Under the pieces are notes generated by a model. That model ran no database searches. It was given only the letters and a program-made list of their open reading frames with translations, and had not been told where the DNA came from. Below are positions 33,051 through 45,500 of a DNA stretch of 64,000 nt, piece by piece. A program made the translations under genes and the position numbers. The stretch is from an uncultured Planctomycetota bacterium (GTDB lineage Bacteria > Planctomycetota > Planctomycetia > Isosphaerales > Isosphaeraceae): positions 1,280,001 to 1,344,000 of the forward strand of contig CAVTTN010000002.1 of NCBI GenBank assembly GCA_963737655.1. The letters run 5' to 3'. Each line of letters starts with the position of its first letter. The first letter of the stretch is position 1.

Positions 33051-34442
33051 ATGAACCGCGATCGAACCGGCGGCGGCCCCTCGCGACGCGATGTGATCCG
33101 CTCGGGCGTGGGCCTGGGCGCCCTGGGGATGATCCCTTCCTTGCGAGGGCAGGGGGGTTCGGCCCCTCCTCCGATCCGCTCTTGCATCCTCATTTTCTAT
33201 TATGGCGGCCCGAGCCATCTCGATACGTTCGACATGAAGCCCTCGGCCCCCGAGGCGATCCGGGGGGAGTTCCGGGCGATCCCCACGAGCGTCCCGGGGA
33301 TGTCGATCTGCGAGCACCTGCCCGGGATGAGCCGGGTCATGCACAAGGTGGCGTTGATCCGCAGCATGACGCATCGGTTCAGCCTCCATGACCCCGCCTC
33401 CATCCAGGTCCTGACCGGCCGCGAGCCTCCGCAGGGGGACCGCGAGCTGTTCGCGACGGCCCCCCAGGTCTTTCCCAGCTTCGGCGGGGCGTTGGGGTAT
33501 CTCCGTCGCGAGGGCGGGGCCGAAGTGCCCCATGCGGCCCTGCCTTATGTTTTCCATAATGTCGTGCCCACGCCCTGCCAGGGCGGGGGGTTCCTCGGCG
33601 CGTCGTGGGACCCGTTCCAGGTGATCGTCGATCCGGAAACGCGGTCGTATCGGGCCGACATCCTCGACCCTCCCGCCGGCCTCTCGCCCACGAGGCAGAA
33701 GGGGCGTCGGGCACTCCTGGGCGCGATCGACGACTCGCCCTCGTCGCCGAAGATGCAGGCGCTGTACGAGAAGGCGTTCCGCCTCCTGGATGCCCGGGCG
33801 CTCCGCCGGGCCCTGGAGATCGAGCGGGAAGACCCGAGGACTCGCGACCGCTACGGCTACGGGCCTCCTCCGGCGAGCGTGGGCTCGGGCGGGGGCGGCG
33901 GCAATGGCGCCGAGCTCGGGTTCGCCCGGCAGATGAGGGGCCAGAATCTGCTGTTGGCCCGCCGGCTGGTCGAGGCGGGCGTCCCGTTCGTGAACGTTTA
34001 TGACTTCCGCCAGCAGGGGCAGAACTGGGACGCCCACTTCCGCAACTTCGATCAGCACCGCGAGCACCTCCTGCCCCTGGCCGACCGCTCGCTGTCGGCC
34101 CTGATCGAGGACCTCGACGCCCGGGGGCTCCTGGAGAGCACCCTGGTCGTCGCCCTCGGCGAGTTCGGACGGACGCCTCGGATCAACGCCGAAGGGGGCC
34201 GCGACCACTGGCCCCATTGCTACACGGTGTTGATGGCCGGAGGAGGCGTCCGGGGCGGGGCGGTCTTCGGCGCGAGCGACAAGATCGGCGCGTATCCGGC
34301 CAGCGACCCCGTGACGCCCGGCGACCTCGCGGCGACGATCTACTGGCGGTTCGGGATCGACCCGAAGGCCGAGGTCCGCGACCCGACCGGCCGGCCGTTC
34401 CCCCTGGCCCTGGGCGAGCCCGTCCGCAGCCTGTTCGGATGA
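33051..34442 (+). CDS. DUF1501 family protein with twin-arginine signal
   Basis: SRRDVI, GGPSHLDTFDMKP, LARRLVEAGV, WDAH, GEFGRTP and GRDHWP motifs. Confidence 0.92.
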   Translation: MNRDRTGGGPSRRDVIRSGVGLGALGMIPSLRGQGGSAPPPIRSCILIFYYGGPSHLDTFDMKPSAPEAIRGEFRAIPTSVPGMSICEHLPGMSRVMHKVALIRSMTHRFSLHDPASIQVLTGREPPQGDRELFATAPQVFPSFGGALGYLRREGGAEVPHAALPYVFHNVVPTPCQGGGFLGASWDPFQVIVDPETRSYRADILDPPAGLSPTRQKGRRALLGAIDDSPSSPKMQALYEKAFRLLDARALRRALEIEREDPRTRDRYGYGPPPASVGSGGGGGNGAELGFARQMRGQNLLLARRLVEAGVPFVNVYDFRQQGQNWDAHFRNFDQHREHLLPLADRSLSALIEDLDARGLLESTLVVALGEFGRTPRINAEGGRDHWPHCYTVLMAGGGVRGGAVFGASDKIGAYPASDPVTPGDLAATIYWRFGIDPKAEVRDPTGRPFPLALGEPVRSLFG

Positions 34443-34564
34443 GGCGGCCCCTGGACTTTGGCGGATCATGCGCCTACAGAATTGAGATATGCCTTGCCCC
34501 GGCCCTCGAAACGAGGGATGCTAGGCGAATCCGGCCCGCCCTCGCGTCCTTGAGGAACCGCGTC

Positions 34565-35299
34565 ATGCTCTCCCGAACGATCACGGCGGCCGTCGGGCTG
34601 GCCGTCGTCCTGGCGTCCTGCGGATCGGCCCCGGCCCAGGACTCGAAGGACAAGGCCGCGCCCTCGCCGGCCGCCCCTTCCGAGCCGAAGAAGTCCGAGG
34701 CCCCGAAGGCCAAGGCCAAGGCCAAGGGGAAGGCCGCCCCGGAGAAGGCCGACCCCAACGCCAAGACCGAGACCGCCACCTTCGGCGGGGGCTGCTTCTG
34801 GTGCCTGGAGGCCGTCTTCGAGCGCGTCCCGGGCGTCAAGAACGTCGTCTCGGGCTTCTCCGGAGGGTTCACGAAGAAGCCGAGCTACGAGGCCGTGAGC
34901 ACCGGGGAGACCGGCCACGCCGAGGTCGTCCAGATCACGTTCGACCCGGAGAAGGTCTCCTACGAGAGGCTCGCCGAGATCTTCTTCGCCTGCCACGACC
35001 CCACGACCCTGAACCGCCAGGGGCCCGACTTCGGCACCCAGTACCGATCGATCATCCTCTACCACACCGAGGACCAGAAGGCCACCGCGCTGAAGGTCTA
35101 CAAGACGCTGACCGACGGGGGGGCCTTCGCCGCGCCGATCGTCACCGAGCTCGTCCCCTACAAGATCTTCTACCCGGCCGACCGCCACCACCAGGACTTC
35201 TACCGGAAGAATCGCGCCGACACGTATTGCCAGATGATCATCACGCCGAAGCTCCAGAAGCTGATGATGCACGGCGACATCCCGGCCTCGGATAAGTGA
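34565..35299 (+). CDS. msrA: Peptide-methionine (S)-S-oxide reductase with an export/lipoprotein signal
   Basis: FGGGCFWC, GHAEVV, HDPTTLNRQGPDFGTQYRS and HQDFY motifs. N-terminal hydrophobic stretch ending LASC. Confidence 0.93.
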   Translation: MLSRTITAAVGLAVVLASCGSAPAQDSKDKAAPSPAAPSEPKKSEAPKAKAKAKGKAAPEKADPNAKTETATFGGGCFWCLEAVFERVPGVKNVVSGFSGGFTKKPSYEAVSTGETGHAEVVQITFDPEKVSYERLAEIFFACHDPTTLNRQGPDFGTQYRSIILYHTEDQKATALKVYKTLTDGGAFAAPIVTELVPYKIFYPADRHHQDFYRKNRADTYCQMIITPKLQKLMMHGDIPASDK

Positions 35300-35462
35300 C
35301 ACAATCCGGGCGGAAAAAGCCGCGCACTCCGCCCGGATTGTCGCTATGACCTGGAGACACCGGGTATACTTGGCGCCCTCCCCCCCGGCGAAGCCCGCCG
35401 TTCGCCGGCCTCGGGCCGTCGGGGGAACGGGGTTCGCCCGGCCCGTCGGCGGGGGTTTCGTC

Positions 35463-36230
35463 GTGAAGGTCCAGCTCCTCCCATCCACGGTCTCTCCCGA
35501 CGGCGAGGCGAGCCAGTACCTCACGTCGTTCCTGATCGGCGAGTCCGTGGCGATCGACGCCGGCAGCCTCGGCATCTACGGGATGCCCGACCAGCAGGCC
35601 AGGGTGCGCGACGTCTTCCTGACCCATACCCACATCGACCACGTCGCCACCCTGCCGATCTTCCTGGAAAACGTCTTCGAGGTCGGCGGCGATTGCGTGA
35701 CCGTCCACGCCACCGAGCCCGTCCTGGACTGCCTCCGCCGCGACATCTTCAACGATCGCGTCTGGCCCGACTTCTTCCGGATCGGATCGGCCGGCAACCC
35801 GTTCCTCCGGGTTGAAATCCTCCGGCCCGGCCGGGCCGTCCAGGTCGATGGGCTGAAGATCACCCCGGTCGAGGTCGATCATCTCGTCCCCACCGTCGGC
35901 CTGATCGTCGAAGGGCCGGGCTCGGCCGTCGTGATCGCCGGAGACACCGGGCCGACCCAGGAGATCTGGGACCGCGCCAACGCGATCCCGTCGCTCAAGG
36001 CCGCGTTCCTCGAATCGGCCTTCCCCGACGAGATGGCCTGGCTGGCCGACGCCTCCAAGCACCTGACCCCCGAGCGGTTCGCCGGGGAGGTCCGCAAGCT
36101 CCGGCCCGGCGTCAGCGTCTTCGCCATCCACATCAAGCCGAAATATGTGGAATCGATCGGCCGGGAGCTGGCCCGGCTCGGCCTCTCCGACGTCCAGATC
36201 TGCCGGCCCGGCCGGACGTACTCATTCTGA
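35463..36230 (+). CDS. Metallo-beta-lactamase-fold 3',5'-cyclic-nucleotide phosphodiesterase (class II-like)
   Basis: IDAG, LTHTHIDH, IFNDRVWPDF, GDTGPT, ESAFP, HLTP and IHIKP motifs. Confidence 0.8.
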   Translation: MKVQLLPSTVSPDGEASQYLTSFLIGESVAIDAGSLGIYGMPDQQARVRDVFLTHTHIDHVATLPIFLENVFEVGGDCVTVHATEPVLDCLRRDIFNDRVWPDFFRIGSAGNPFLRVEILRPGRAVQVDGLKITPVEVDHLVPTVGLIVEGPGSAVVIAGDTGPTQEIWDRANAIPSLKAAFLESAFPDEMAWLADASKHLTPERFAGEVRKLRPGVSVFAIHIKPKYVESIGRELARLGLSDVQICRPGRTYSF

Positions 36231-36305
36231 CGAGATGTCCCGATCGCCGGACGACGACCGTCGGCGACCGTCCGCAACGAATCGAGAGAAGGGGAGGGGT
36301 GAGCG

Positions 36306-37835
36306 ATGCCCGAGCGATCGTCCGCCGGTCGGATCGTCCCGATCGCGTCGTTAGCGGCGGCATTGTCGGCCATCGGCCTCGTCGCCATCGGCCGGGGGGA
36401 GCCGCCGAGGCCGCCCCAGGACCCGCCCGCGCCGAAGGCCGGCGCCCCCGCCCCGAAGCCGAACAAGGATTGGTACGCCGTCAAGCAGTGCGGGGCCTGC
36501 CACCGGCCGGGCAAGGGGGAGGAGGTCACCAGCTTCGTCCGTCTCGACGAGATCAACATCTGGCGAGACCTGGACAAGCACAGCAAGGCGTTCACCAACC
36601 TCGACCCGAAGACCAACGAGAAATCCCGGAGGATGGCCGACCTCCTCGGCTGGGACCTCCAGAAAGACGGCCGCTGCCTGAGCTGCCACGCCCCCGCCTT
36701 CGACGCCCCCAAGGCGAAGGAGAAACCCGAGCTGGTGACCGAGGGCGTGAGCTGCTCCGGCTGCCACGGGCCGGATGATCGCTGGATTCGCGAGCACGGG
36801 TTCGGCCAGGAGGACTGGATCAAGAGGACGGCCGCCGACAAGTTCCGGAACTGGGGGATGAACGACCTCCGCGACCCGGCGGTGAGGTCCGCCATGTGCG
36901 CCTCGTGCCACGTCGGCGACGCCTCGCAGGGCCGGGTGGTCACCCACGAGATCTACGCCGCCGGCCACCCGCCCCTGCCCGGCCTGGAGGTCTCGTTCTT
37001 CAGCGAGGCCGAGCCGCCCCACTGGTGGCCCATGAAGGACGTCCCGTACCTCAAGAACAAGCCCGAGGCGCTGAAGAATCAGTACGGGATCGATCAGGCC
37101 GCCACCCAGCACGCGAAGCTCGTGGCCGTGGGCGGGGTGGTGGACCTCCGCGAGTCGATGACGCTGTTCGCCGACACCGCCAAGCCGGGCGCCATGCCCG
37201 ATTTCGCCCGGTTCGATTGCGCCTCATGCCATCACGAGCTCAAGGAGTCGCGCGACTCGTGGAGGCAGGCGTTCGGGTTCCCGGCCGAGCCCGGGCGGCC
37301 TCCGTCGGCGCACTGGCCGGCGGCCCTGGCGAGGATCGGCATCGCCGCCGGAGACCCGGCGCAGGCCGCCTCCCGGACCAGGGACCTGGACGACGCCCTG
37401 GCCGCCTTCCGCCAGGCCGTCGGCGACCGCCCGTTCGGCGACGACTCGAAATCGGTCGCCGCCGCCCGGAAGCTCGCCTCCTGGGCCGACGGGCTGGCCA
37501 AGGCCCTGGACTCGCAGAAGTTCGACCGCGCCTCGGCCCTGAGGATGCTCCGCAAGATCGCCGAGACCGAGCCCCGCGATTATGCCTCGGCCCGCCAGCT
37601 CGTCTGGGGCTTCCGCTCGATCCTGAAGGAGATGGACGACAAATCCCCGGACGCCCAGGAGGTCGCCCACCTGATCGACGGCCTGATGCTCCAGCTCGGG
37701 ATCAACCTGATCCCCCGGGCCGACGGAGGCATCGAACGGGCCCTCGGAGCCCGCCTCGAAGCCGACGACAGGTACGACCCAGCCAGCTATCACCAGACGA
37801 TGGACGACATCGCGAAGCGCTTGAACAACCTGTAG
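36306..37835 (+). CDS. Pentaheme cytochrome c, paralog of 20322..21749
   Basis: Signal/TM segment, CGACH, CLSCH, GVSCSGCHGP, CASCH, CASCH and HEIYAAGHP. Confidence 0.87.
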   Translation: MPERSSAGRIVPIASLAAALSAIGLVAIGRGEPPRPPQDPPAPKAGAPAPKPNKDWYAVKQCGACHRPGKGEEVTSFVRLDEINIWRDLDKHSKAFTNLDPKTNEKSRRMADLLGWDLQKDGRCLSCHAPAFDAPKAKEKPELVTEGVSCSGCHGPDDRWIREHGFGQEDWIKRTAADKFRNWGMNDLRDPAVRSAMCASCHVGDASQGRVVTHEIYAAGHPPLPGLEVSFFSEAEPPHWWPMKDVPYLKNKPEALKNQYGIDQAATQHAKLVAVGGVVDLRESMTLFADTAKPGAMPDFARFDCASCHHELKESRDSWRQAFGFPAEPGRPPSAHWPAALARIGIAAGDPAQAASRTRDLDDALAAFRQAVGDRPFGDDSKSVAAARKLASWADGLAKALDSQKFDRASALRMLRKIAETEPRDYASARQLVWGFRSILKEMDDKSPDAQEVAHLIDGLMLQLGINLIPRADGGIERALGARLEADDRYDPASYHQTMDDIAKRLNNL

Positions 37836-37955
37836 GGTGCATGAAATGCACCAACCCGCGGCGGGCCACGCCCGCCCTCCGCATCCCTCCTCCCTTCGGT
37901 GGGGGACGTCATGCGGAGGGCGGGCGTGGGCTTGGTGCATTTCATGCACCCTACA
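37831..37955. repeat. GTAG-type REP-like inverted doublet, copy 2
   Basis: 24-bp perfect IR at 37831-37854 and 37932-37955, plus an inner 19-bp perfect IR at 37866-37884 and 37911-37929. Confidence 0.85.
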
Positions 37956-37976
37956 TCAAGGAGAATGCACCCATCA

Positions 37977-40900
37977 TCAATGTGCCGGCCTCGGTGCCGG
38001 ATAGTCCCTCGGGTCGTCGGAGACCTTCCAGACCTGCCCGGCCCTCATGTACAGCCTCTTCATCTCCTCGGCGTTCAGGGGCCTGGCGCCGACCCGGCCG
38101 AACACGCCGATCTGATTGCCGGACTCGTCCACCGCCCGATCGCGATCGACGCCCTTGGAGATCGCCAGGGCGTGGCCGTGGTGGGGGATCTCGTACGTGG
38201 CGATCAGTTGAGGAGTGGGCCTCGGGCTGAACCCCATGTTGCCGGGCGTCTCGGGCGAGGTGAGCTGGACGACCCTCATCCCGTTCTTGCCGTCGGCGAG
38301 GTAGGCGAACTCGCTCGAATACGTGATGCCCAGCTTCACGTCGTGGAGGTCGTTGATGCACCCCCCGGCGTTGAACACCTGGTCCACCCTCGGCTGCAAC
38401 GGGTTCTCGATGTCCAGGATCACCAGGCCCTGCTTGCCCGCCGCCACGTAGGCATAGGTCCGGGCGAGATAGATGTTGTGGGCGTCGTCCATCGGCAGCG
38501 ACGCCACCGGGGTCGGCCGTGCCAGGTCGGTCACGTCGAAGACCTTGATCCCCTCCTCGTCGCAGGCGAACCCGTAGCGGAACTGGACCTGGAACGCGGT
38601 CGGGTGCTTCAGGACCTCCTCGCCGACGATCGACGTGACCCTCGGCTTCTTCGGGTCCTCGATCGAGACGACCACGAGCCCGGCGTTGCAACTGATGTAG
38701 GCATACGTCCCGGCGATCGAGATCGCCCTCGCCCCGCAGAGGATGCCCCCGGGGTTGAACGTGGTCTCCCTCTCGATGAAGTTGTTCAGGGGGTTGCCGT
38801 CGAGCAGCGTCCCCGCCGGGACGGTGATCAGCCCTTCCTCGCGGTCGGTCACGTACAGATATCCATACATGCCGGCCACGGAATCCTCGTGGTTCTCGGG
38901 CTTGTGGGTGCGCGTCGGGTCGGGGGCGGCGGTGGCGGGCGAGGCCACGGCGGTGGCGTACTTCGTCCTCACGTAGAACTTCTGGCCCATCGGCGAGAAC
39001 GGCGCGGTCACGATCCGCTCGGAGAAGCCCTTGTGGTCGATGAACGCCACGTCGAACACGCGGAGGCCGTTCTCCCCGCACGCGGCGTAGAGGTACTCGC
39101 CCCTCAGCTGCAAATTGAGGATCTCCGGCCTCTTGAACCGGGCCTTGAGGTTCTCCGCGATGTCGATGCCCGGGTGCTCGTGTGCGTGCTCCAGGAGCCC
39201 GCCCTTCCGGACGTGTTCGCGGAAGTTGTCCGGGAACGCGATCTTCTGCAACGAGCTGCCGAGGACCGCCTGGGGCTCCTCGCGCTCGGTGACGACCACG
39301 CCGAGGAAGCCCTCCTCGCCGGCCGCGACCCAGCAATACTTGCCGATGAAGTTCGTGTAGTTCGTGCCTTGCATGAGCAGCTTGCGCCATGATGGCGTTG
39401 TTGTCCTCACGCGCCGAGACGTGGCAATCCGAGCACTGCTTCGTCTCGTTCCGGCCCGGGAGGTAGTTCTCGGGGTGGAGGGCCCGGCCCTTGTCGGGGC
39501 CGTTCTTGATCAGGGTCGGCCCCCCTCGGACGGTGTGGGGGACGTTCGTGCTGAAGGCGATCCCGCTCATCCCCTCGGCCGAGATCGTCTGCTGCTGGAC
39601 GTAGATCGACTCGCGATTGGCGTTGTAGCTGCCGACGTGGATGGCGCAGCTGGACCTCGCCGGGTTGATCCGGTTGCCGGTGGCGTTGCCGTCCCGCCCG
39701 AGCATGAACACGTCGTCGCGCAAGGTCTGGAAGTTATACGCCGTGTAATTGCGCGAGACGTCGCCTTCATTGTGGAGCGCCGGCATCTTCCGGTTGGCCC
39801 TCTGGGGGAGGTGGCAGCCGAAGCAGCTCGGGTTCCACGACGAGTGGCAGGCGATGCACGACATCTTCGTGTCGGAGTGGGCCATGTCCTTCTCGCAGCC
39901 CGAGGGGACGTCGCCCCACTCGAACCCGCCGCCGGCCGCGACCCGGACGGTCTTGGCCAGCCGGGATTTCTCGTTGTAGTGGCCGCTGGCCGGATCGACC
40001 GTGTCGGCCGTCTGGACGACCTCCCAGGCCAGGTCCGGCTCGACCATCGAATTCTGATACAAGCGGCCGTCCCGGACCTCGAACCGCCTCCGGCCCGAGG
40101 GCGTCCGCAGGGCCCGGAGGTTCCGGCCGTTGGGGCCGCTGGTGTACGAGGCCGGGCCGCTGGTCATCAGCGTGGTCTTCCGGTCCGCCGTCCCGTGGCA
40201 GTCGATGCACTGGATCTCGATGGCCGCGCGGACCTCGCCCTGCAGACGATTGTTGCCGTGCATGTCCTGGACGTAGTGGCAATCGACGCAATGCATGCCC
40301 TTTTCCATGTGGATGTCCATCAGGTGGACGGGCACGCCGTCGCGGTTCGGCGGCGGGGTCTTCGCCGCTCCGGGGCGCTCGCGGTACTGCTCGCGGACGG
40401 CCTCGGGCATCTTGATCGACGCCATCAACTGCTCGGTCGAGGCCGGCTCGACCGACCGGCCCTCGCTGTCGAGCATCTGGCCGTGGCGGTCCTTCTTGAA
40501 GACGGCGCGGAAGACCCAGCCGTGGCCGTGGAAGTCGGCGAACTGGGTGTGGCGGGCCTGCGGGTTCAGGTCGGCCACGCGCTCCAGGAACCTCGGGTTG
40601 GACCACAGCCCCCGGGCCGCCGCCTCGTCGGGGTTGGACATCTGCGACTGCACGAACTCCTCGGCCGTCGGGTGCTTCTGCTCCTTCGGATACATCAACT
40701 CGCCGTCGGTCTCCTCGTCCCACCACGTATAGCCCACATACGAATTCATGACCGTCGTGCCGGGGTGAATATGACACACCATGCACTGACTCGTGGGGAT
40801 CGAGCTGGTGAATTTATGCTCGATCGGGTGGCCCTTCTCGTTCTTCGGGATCGTGGGGTCGGGGTTCCTCGTCAGGCCGAGGTGACCGGCGGAGGCATAC

Positions 40901-41943
40901 GGCCCGGAGTGCACGGGCGAGCGGTCATTCGCGTAGACGACGTGGCAGGCGGTGCAGCCGCTGGAGCGATAGTCGCCGGGGTGGTCGTTCGTGCCGAGGA
41001 AGTTGAGCGTGGGGTCGAGCAATCGCGTCTTGGTCAGGCTGACGAACACCGGGTCGGTGCGGTTCTTGGTGCCGAACCCTCGCTCGGAGAGGCCGCCCTT
41101 GGGCTTGCCGGGGTCGGCGAACGGGTTGGGCAGGCCGACCTCGCCGATCATCCCCCGGCCCCTCTCGAACGTCCTCAGGGTGTTGCCCGGCTGGCTCGCC
41201 TCGAAGTGGGGCAGGGGGTCGAGGAAGTCCAGGACGCCCTTCTTCTCGCGTTCCCAGTCGCTCGGCGGGGGGACCGTCTGGATCCGCTGGGGGGTGCCGT
41301 TCATGCTGTAGCTCTCGCCGAAGTGGCTGGCCTTCAGCGGGTACGACCCGTTGTTGTACAGGGCCGCGCCCCAGAGCATGGCCCCGTGGGTCATCATGCT
41401 CTTGCGATTTTGCATGACTTCATTCGGATGGCAATTCGTGGTCCCGCAACTGATGTGGGCGATTCGGAAGTCCCCCGGGTTGATGAACCGGACGAACTCG
41501 GGGGACTCGTGGTTCATCAGCGTATAGGTGCGCACCGGGTTGGCGGAGCCGGCCCAGGAGGCGGGATACCTCGCGGCGACGTGGGCGAGGCCCTTGTCGG
41601 CGGCGGAGGCGTCGCCGCCGTGGCAGTCCGTGCAGCCGAGGCGGACGGTGTCCTTGGCGTGGGGGTCGTGCGATCCGGCGTGGCAGTTGACGCACCCCTG
41701 GCTCTTGGCGGCGACCATCTCGGGCGCCTGGCCGGAGAGGTCGATCCCGCGGAGCTCGGCCGGCATGGGGAACGCCTCGACCGGCCGGGCGACGACCGGA
41801 GTGGGCCCGGGGCCGGGGACCTGGGCGCGGAGCCTCGTCGGCCGGGTGCCGATCGAGACGGCCGCGATCGCCCCGAGGATCAGGGCGAGGGCCGCCAGGG
41901 CGGACGCGGCGCGGAGGCGTCGGGGGGGGAGGGGCGTCGCCAT
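37977..41943 (-). CDS. Large exported multiheme cytochrome c with a C-terminal LVIVD-repeat propeller, with an apparent 1-nt insertion at ~39382
   Basis: Signal from MATPLPPRR, 9 CxxCH plus CGTTNCH. Removing one base joins NAIMAQ to LLMQGTNY (ORF 37977..39410), which has YAYVAAGKQGLVILDIENP-type repeats. Confidence 0.85.
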
Positions 41944-42540
41944 GGGCCGGAGACCTCCGAGTCGGGGCCGATTCGAGGCGCGCGGCAGGGGCGACGTCGC
42001 CCCTGCCGGGACGATTGCCGGGCAGGATAGCGGTCCGCCCCATCTCGTCAAGCCCAGCTCACCGGACGGCTCGCCCGAGGTGCGGGCGTCGCGATTGTTT
42101 CGCTCCCCACTTCCGGCCCGCGACGGCGTTTCGGCCTTCAATCGCCATCTCCGGTCGAGTTTCCCCGTCGGCTCGCCCCGGTCCCGGTCGTCGGGGCGCC
42201 GAAAAGACGCCTGAGGGCCGCCCCCCGGCTCGATCGGTCGGCCGGCCGCGGGGCCCGGGCCTTCGACCCCGGGTCTTATAATAAGCCATGATGCAGGAAT
42301 GCATCACACGGAAGCTTTACCGGAAGCCTTTCGGTCCTTCACGAAAGATTCGCGCAGACGGCTTACAGTGCGACCTCTTCGCTCTTGATCCGTCCGGGGC
42401 CGATGGGCCCCCATCTTCGAACGGCACGTTGTGTCGCCGCCCAGCGAGGAGAGCGGCCCCGATCGACGACCGCGCCCGACCCGGGCCGGCCCGTCGCAGG
42501 GGGCCGCGCCCCCCGAATCGTCACCAGGGAGAGAGACGCC

Positions 42541-45500
42541 ATGCCCCGCTTCGAACGATCGCCGAAGATCCGAGGGATGAGGACGCCGACGGCGCGCCGC
42601 AACCGGCCGAGCCTGGCTTGCGAGGGCCTCGAGGACCGTCGCCTGATGTCCGTCGGCGGCATCTCCAACGTCAAGCTGAACGAGGTGGTCCTGAACGCCC
42701 CATCCGGCACCGGCAGCCCGAATAACCGTTACGTCGAGATCATCGGCACCGGGAACGAGTCGCTGGACGACGGCACGAACCGCCTCGAGCTAGTCGTCTT
42801 CCAGGGCTACAACGGCGCCAGCGCCCCGACGGGCAAGGCGGCCTACGTCTACGACCTGAAGGGCTCGAAGCTCGGCTCCAACGGACTCCTGGTCGTCGAT
42901 AACCCGACCAACACGCTGGTCTCGAACTTCAGCCCGAAGGTCGACGCGGCCACGACGTTCATCGACGACACCAATTTCAGCACCGCCAACGGCGTCAACT
43001 ACACCTCCAGCACGCCGACGGTCGCCCTGGTCTCCGTGCCCGACAGCACGTCGCTGACCGTCGGCAGCTCCTACGCCGGCGAGAGTTCGCTGACGCTCAA
43101 CTTGCTCCCGGCCGGCGCGACCATCCTCGACTCGCTGTCGTTCGTCTACAACAGCACGCCGGACGTGGCGATCTCCGCGACCGACCCGCGGCCGACGGAC
43201 ATCAATTACGGCCCGTACCTGAACCTCAACGGCGGGACGCCGTCGGCCGCCACGCCGTCGATGGCCACCCGGTTCCTGGGCAACCTCAGCTCGACGAGCC
43301 GGACCGACGACTCGACCGACCCGACGTTCCCGTTCTACTACGGCAAGTACGTCAACAACACGACCGACCCGTTCGTCGCCTATGACTCGACGGTCCCGGC
43401 CAACGGGATCGGCCAGAACTCGAAGAACCTGCCCTCGACCGGCGGCGTGCTGACCCCGGGCGGGATCAACGGCCCGGTCTTCACCTACAGCCCGACGAGC
43501 TACACCACCCAGGAAGTCGCCGGCTCGACGGCCGTCCAGCAGATCACGGTGACCGAGACCAACACCTCCAGCGCCAACTCGGTCCAGTACTCGACGATCG
43601 ACAGCGGACCGAACGCCGGGACGGCCCAGGCCGGGACGAACTACACGCACATCGCCCCGACGACCCTGTCGTTCAGCGGGGGGATCGGCTCCCATGCCCC
43701 GGTCAGCAAGACCTTCCCGCTGACGATCCTGGATGACGGCGTCGTCGCCTCGGGCCTGACGGTCAAGCTGAACCTCTCCAGCCCGTCGGGCGGCGGCTAC
43801 GTGGATTCCACGACCATCCCGGCGACCGACACGATCATCGACGGCGACGGCCCGACCTACTTCCTCTCGTCCACGGTCTACACCGGCCTCTCGACCGCCG
43901 GGACCATCCCGGTGACGATCACCCGCACGGGCCTGACCAGCGTCAGCGGGACCGTCCACATCGCCACCACCAACGGCACGGGCACCGGCGGCGCCAAGGC
44001 CGGGACCGACTACACGGCCGTGAGCACCGACGTGAGCTTCCCCGCCGGGGCGACCAGCGAGACGGTCAACGTCCCCGTGGCCGCCACCTCGGTCAACGCC
44101 CCGTCGAAGACCTTCACCGTCACCCTGAGCAACCCGACCGGCAACGACGGCCTGAACCCCAGCGCCTCGCTGAACGCGCCGATCACGGCCTCGGTGACGA
44201 TCCTCAACACCACGGCCCCGCAGCTGCTCCTCCAGCAGGTCGACGCCAACCCGCCGTCGGTCGATGACGCCTACGAGTACATCCAGATCTCCGGCCCGGC
44301 CAACGCCACGCTCTACCATACCGGCGTCTTGGTCACGGACACCTCGGGCACCGTCTCCCAGTTCTTCGACCTCAGCGCCAAGACCCTCGGGTCCAACGGG
44401 CTGCTGATCATCAAGTCGGCCGACACGACCTCGTGGCAGCCGGCCGCGGGGACGACCGTCCTGACCACCACGTTCTTCAACTCCACCGGCACCCAGCTCT
44501 CGCACGGGTCGCTGACGTTCCTGACGATCTCCGACCCGCAGCCGGGCGTGGTCGCCAACGGCTCCAAGCTCGACTCCGGCAACTCCGGCACCCTGAACCT
44601 GGGCGCGGGCGGGACGGTCCTCGACAGCTTCGGCTGGACCAGCTCGTCCAGCGACCGGATCTACAGCTCGGTCAACCTGAGCCTCCCGGGCTCGAGCTTC
44701 GCCCCGAACGCCGCCGAGAGGCTCGCCGGCAACACCACGCCGAACTCGGCGGCCGCCTGGATCTCCGGCAACCTCGACGACCTCGACGGCCACAGCTCGA
44801 TCGCCTTCGACCCGTACTACGGCTCCGGCAGCACCCCGCAGTCGATCCAGGGAGGCGTCAACAACCCGTCGCCGATCCCCCTGGGCGCCGTCCTCTCGCC
44901 GGGCTACCCCACGCCGAGCTCGACCGTCGCCTTCGGCGGCAACAAGACCGCCCCGGCCGAGACCTCGCTCCTGGCCGTCCAGTCGATCACCCCGACCCGC
45001 GACGGCTTCATCCTCCAGTTCAACGGCGACTTCGACCCCACCAACGTCGCCCTCTACAACACCGGCACCCCGAGCGTGACCCTGACCGGCGCCAGCACCG
45101 GCCCGATCACCGGCAACCTCGTCATCACCAACCCCAACCCGGCCTACAACAACGTCTCGGGCGGCCAGGTCACCACCGTCAACAACAAGGACGTGGTGAT
45201 CTTCGTCGCCACCGCCGCCGACCTGCCCTACGGCGTCCTCCCGGCCGACACCTACACCGTGACCGTCGACGGCTCCGACGCCGGCGCCTTCCTCAAGTAC
45301 GGCTCGCCCAACGGCGGATCGAAGCTCGACGGCGACCGCAACGGCTCGGCCGGCGGCAACTACGTGACCACCTTCAGCGTCCCCACCACGGTCCAGGCCT
45401 ACCCGCCCCAGATCGCCAACCCGGCCGCCACCGGCGCCGGGGCGATCGTCGGCATCCCCGACTTCGTCGCCGGCAACGGCCAGGACATCAACGTCCCGGG

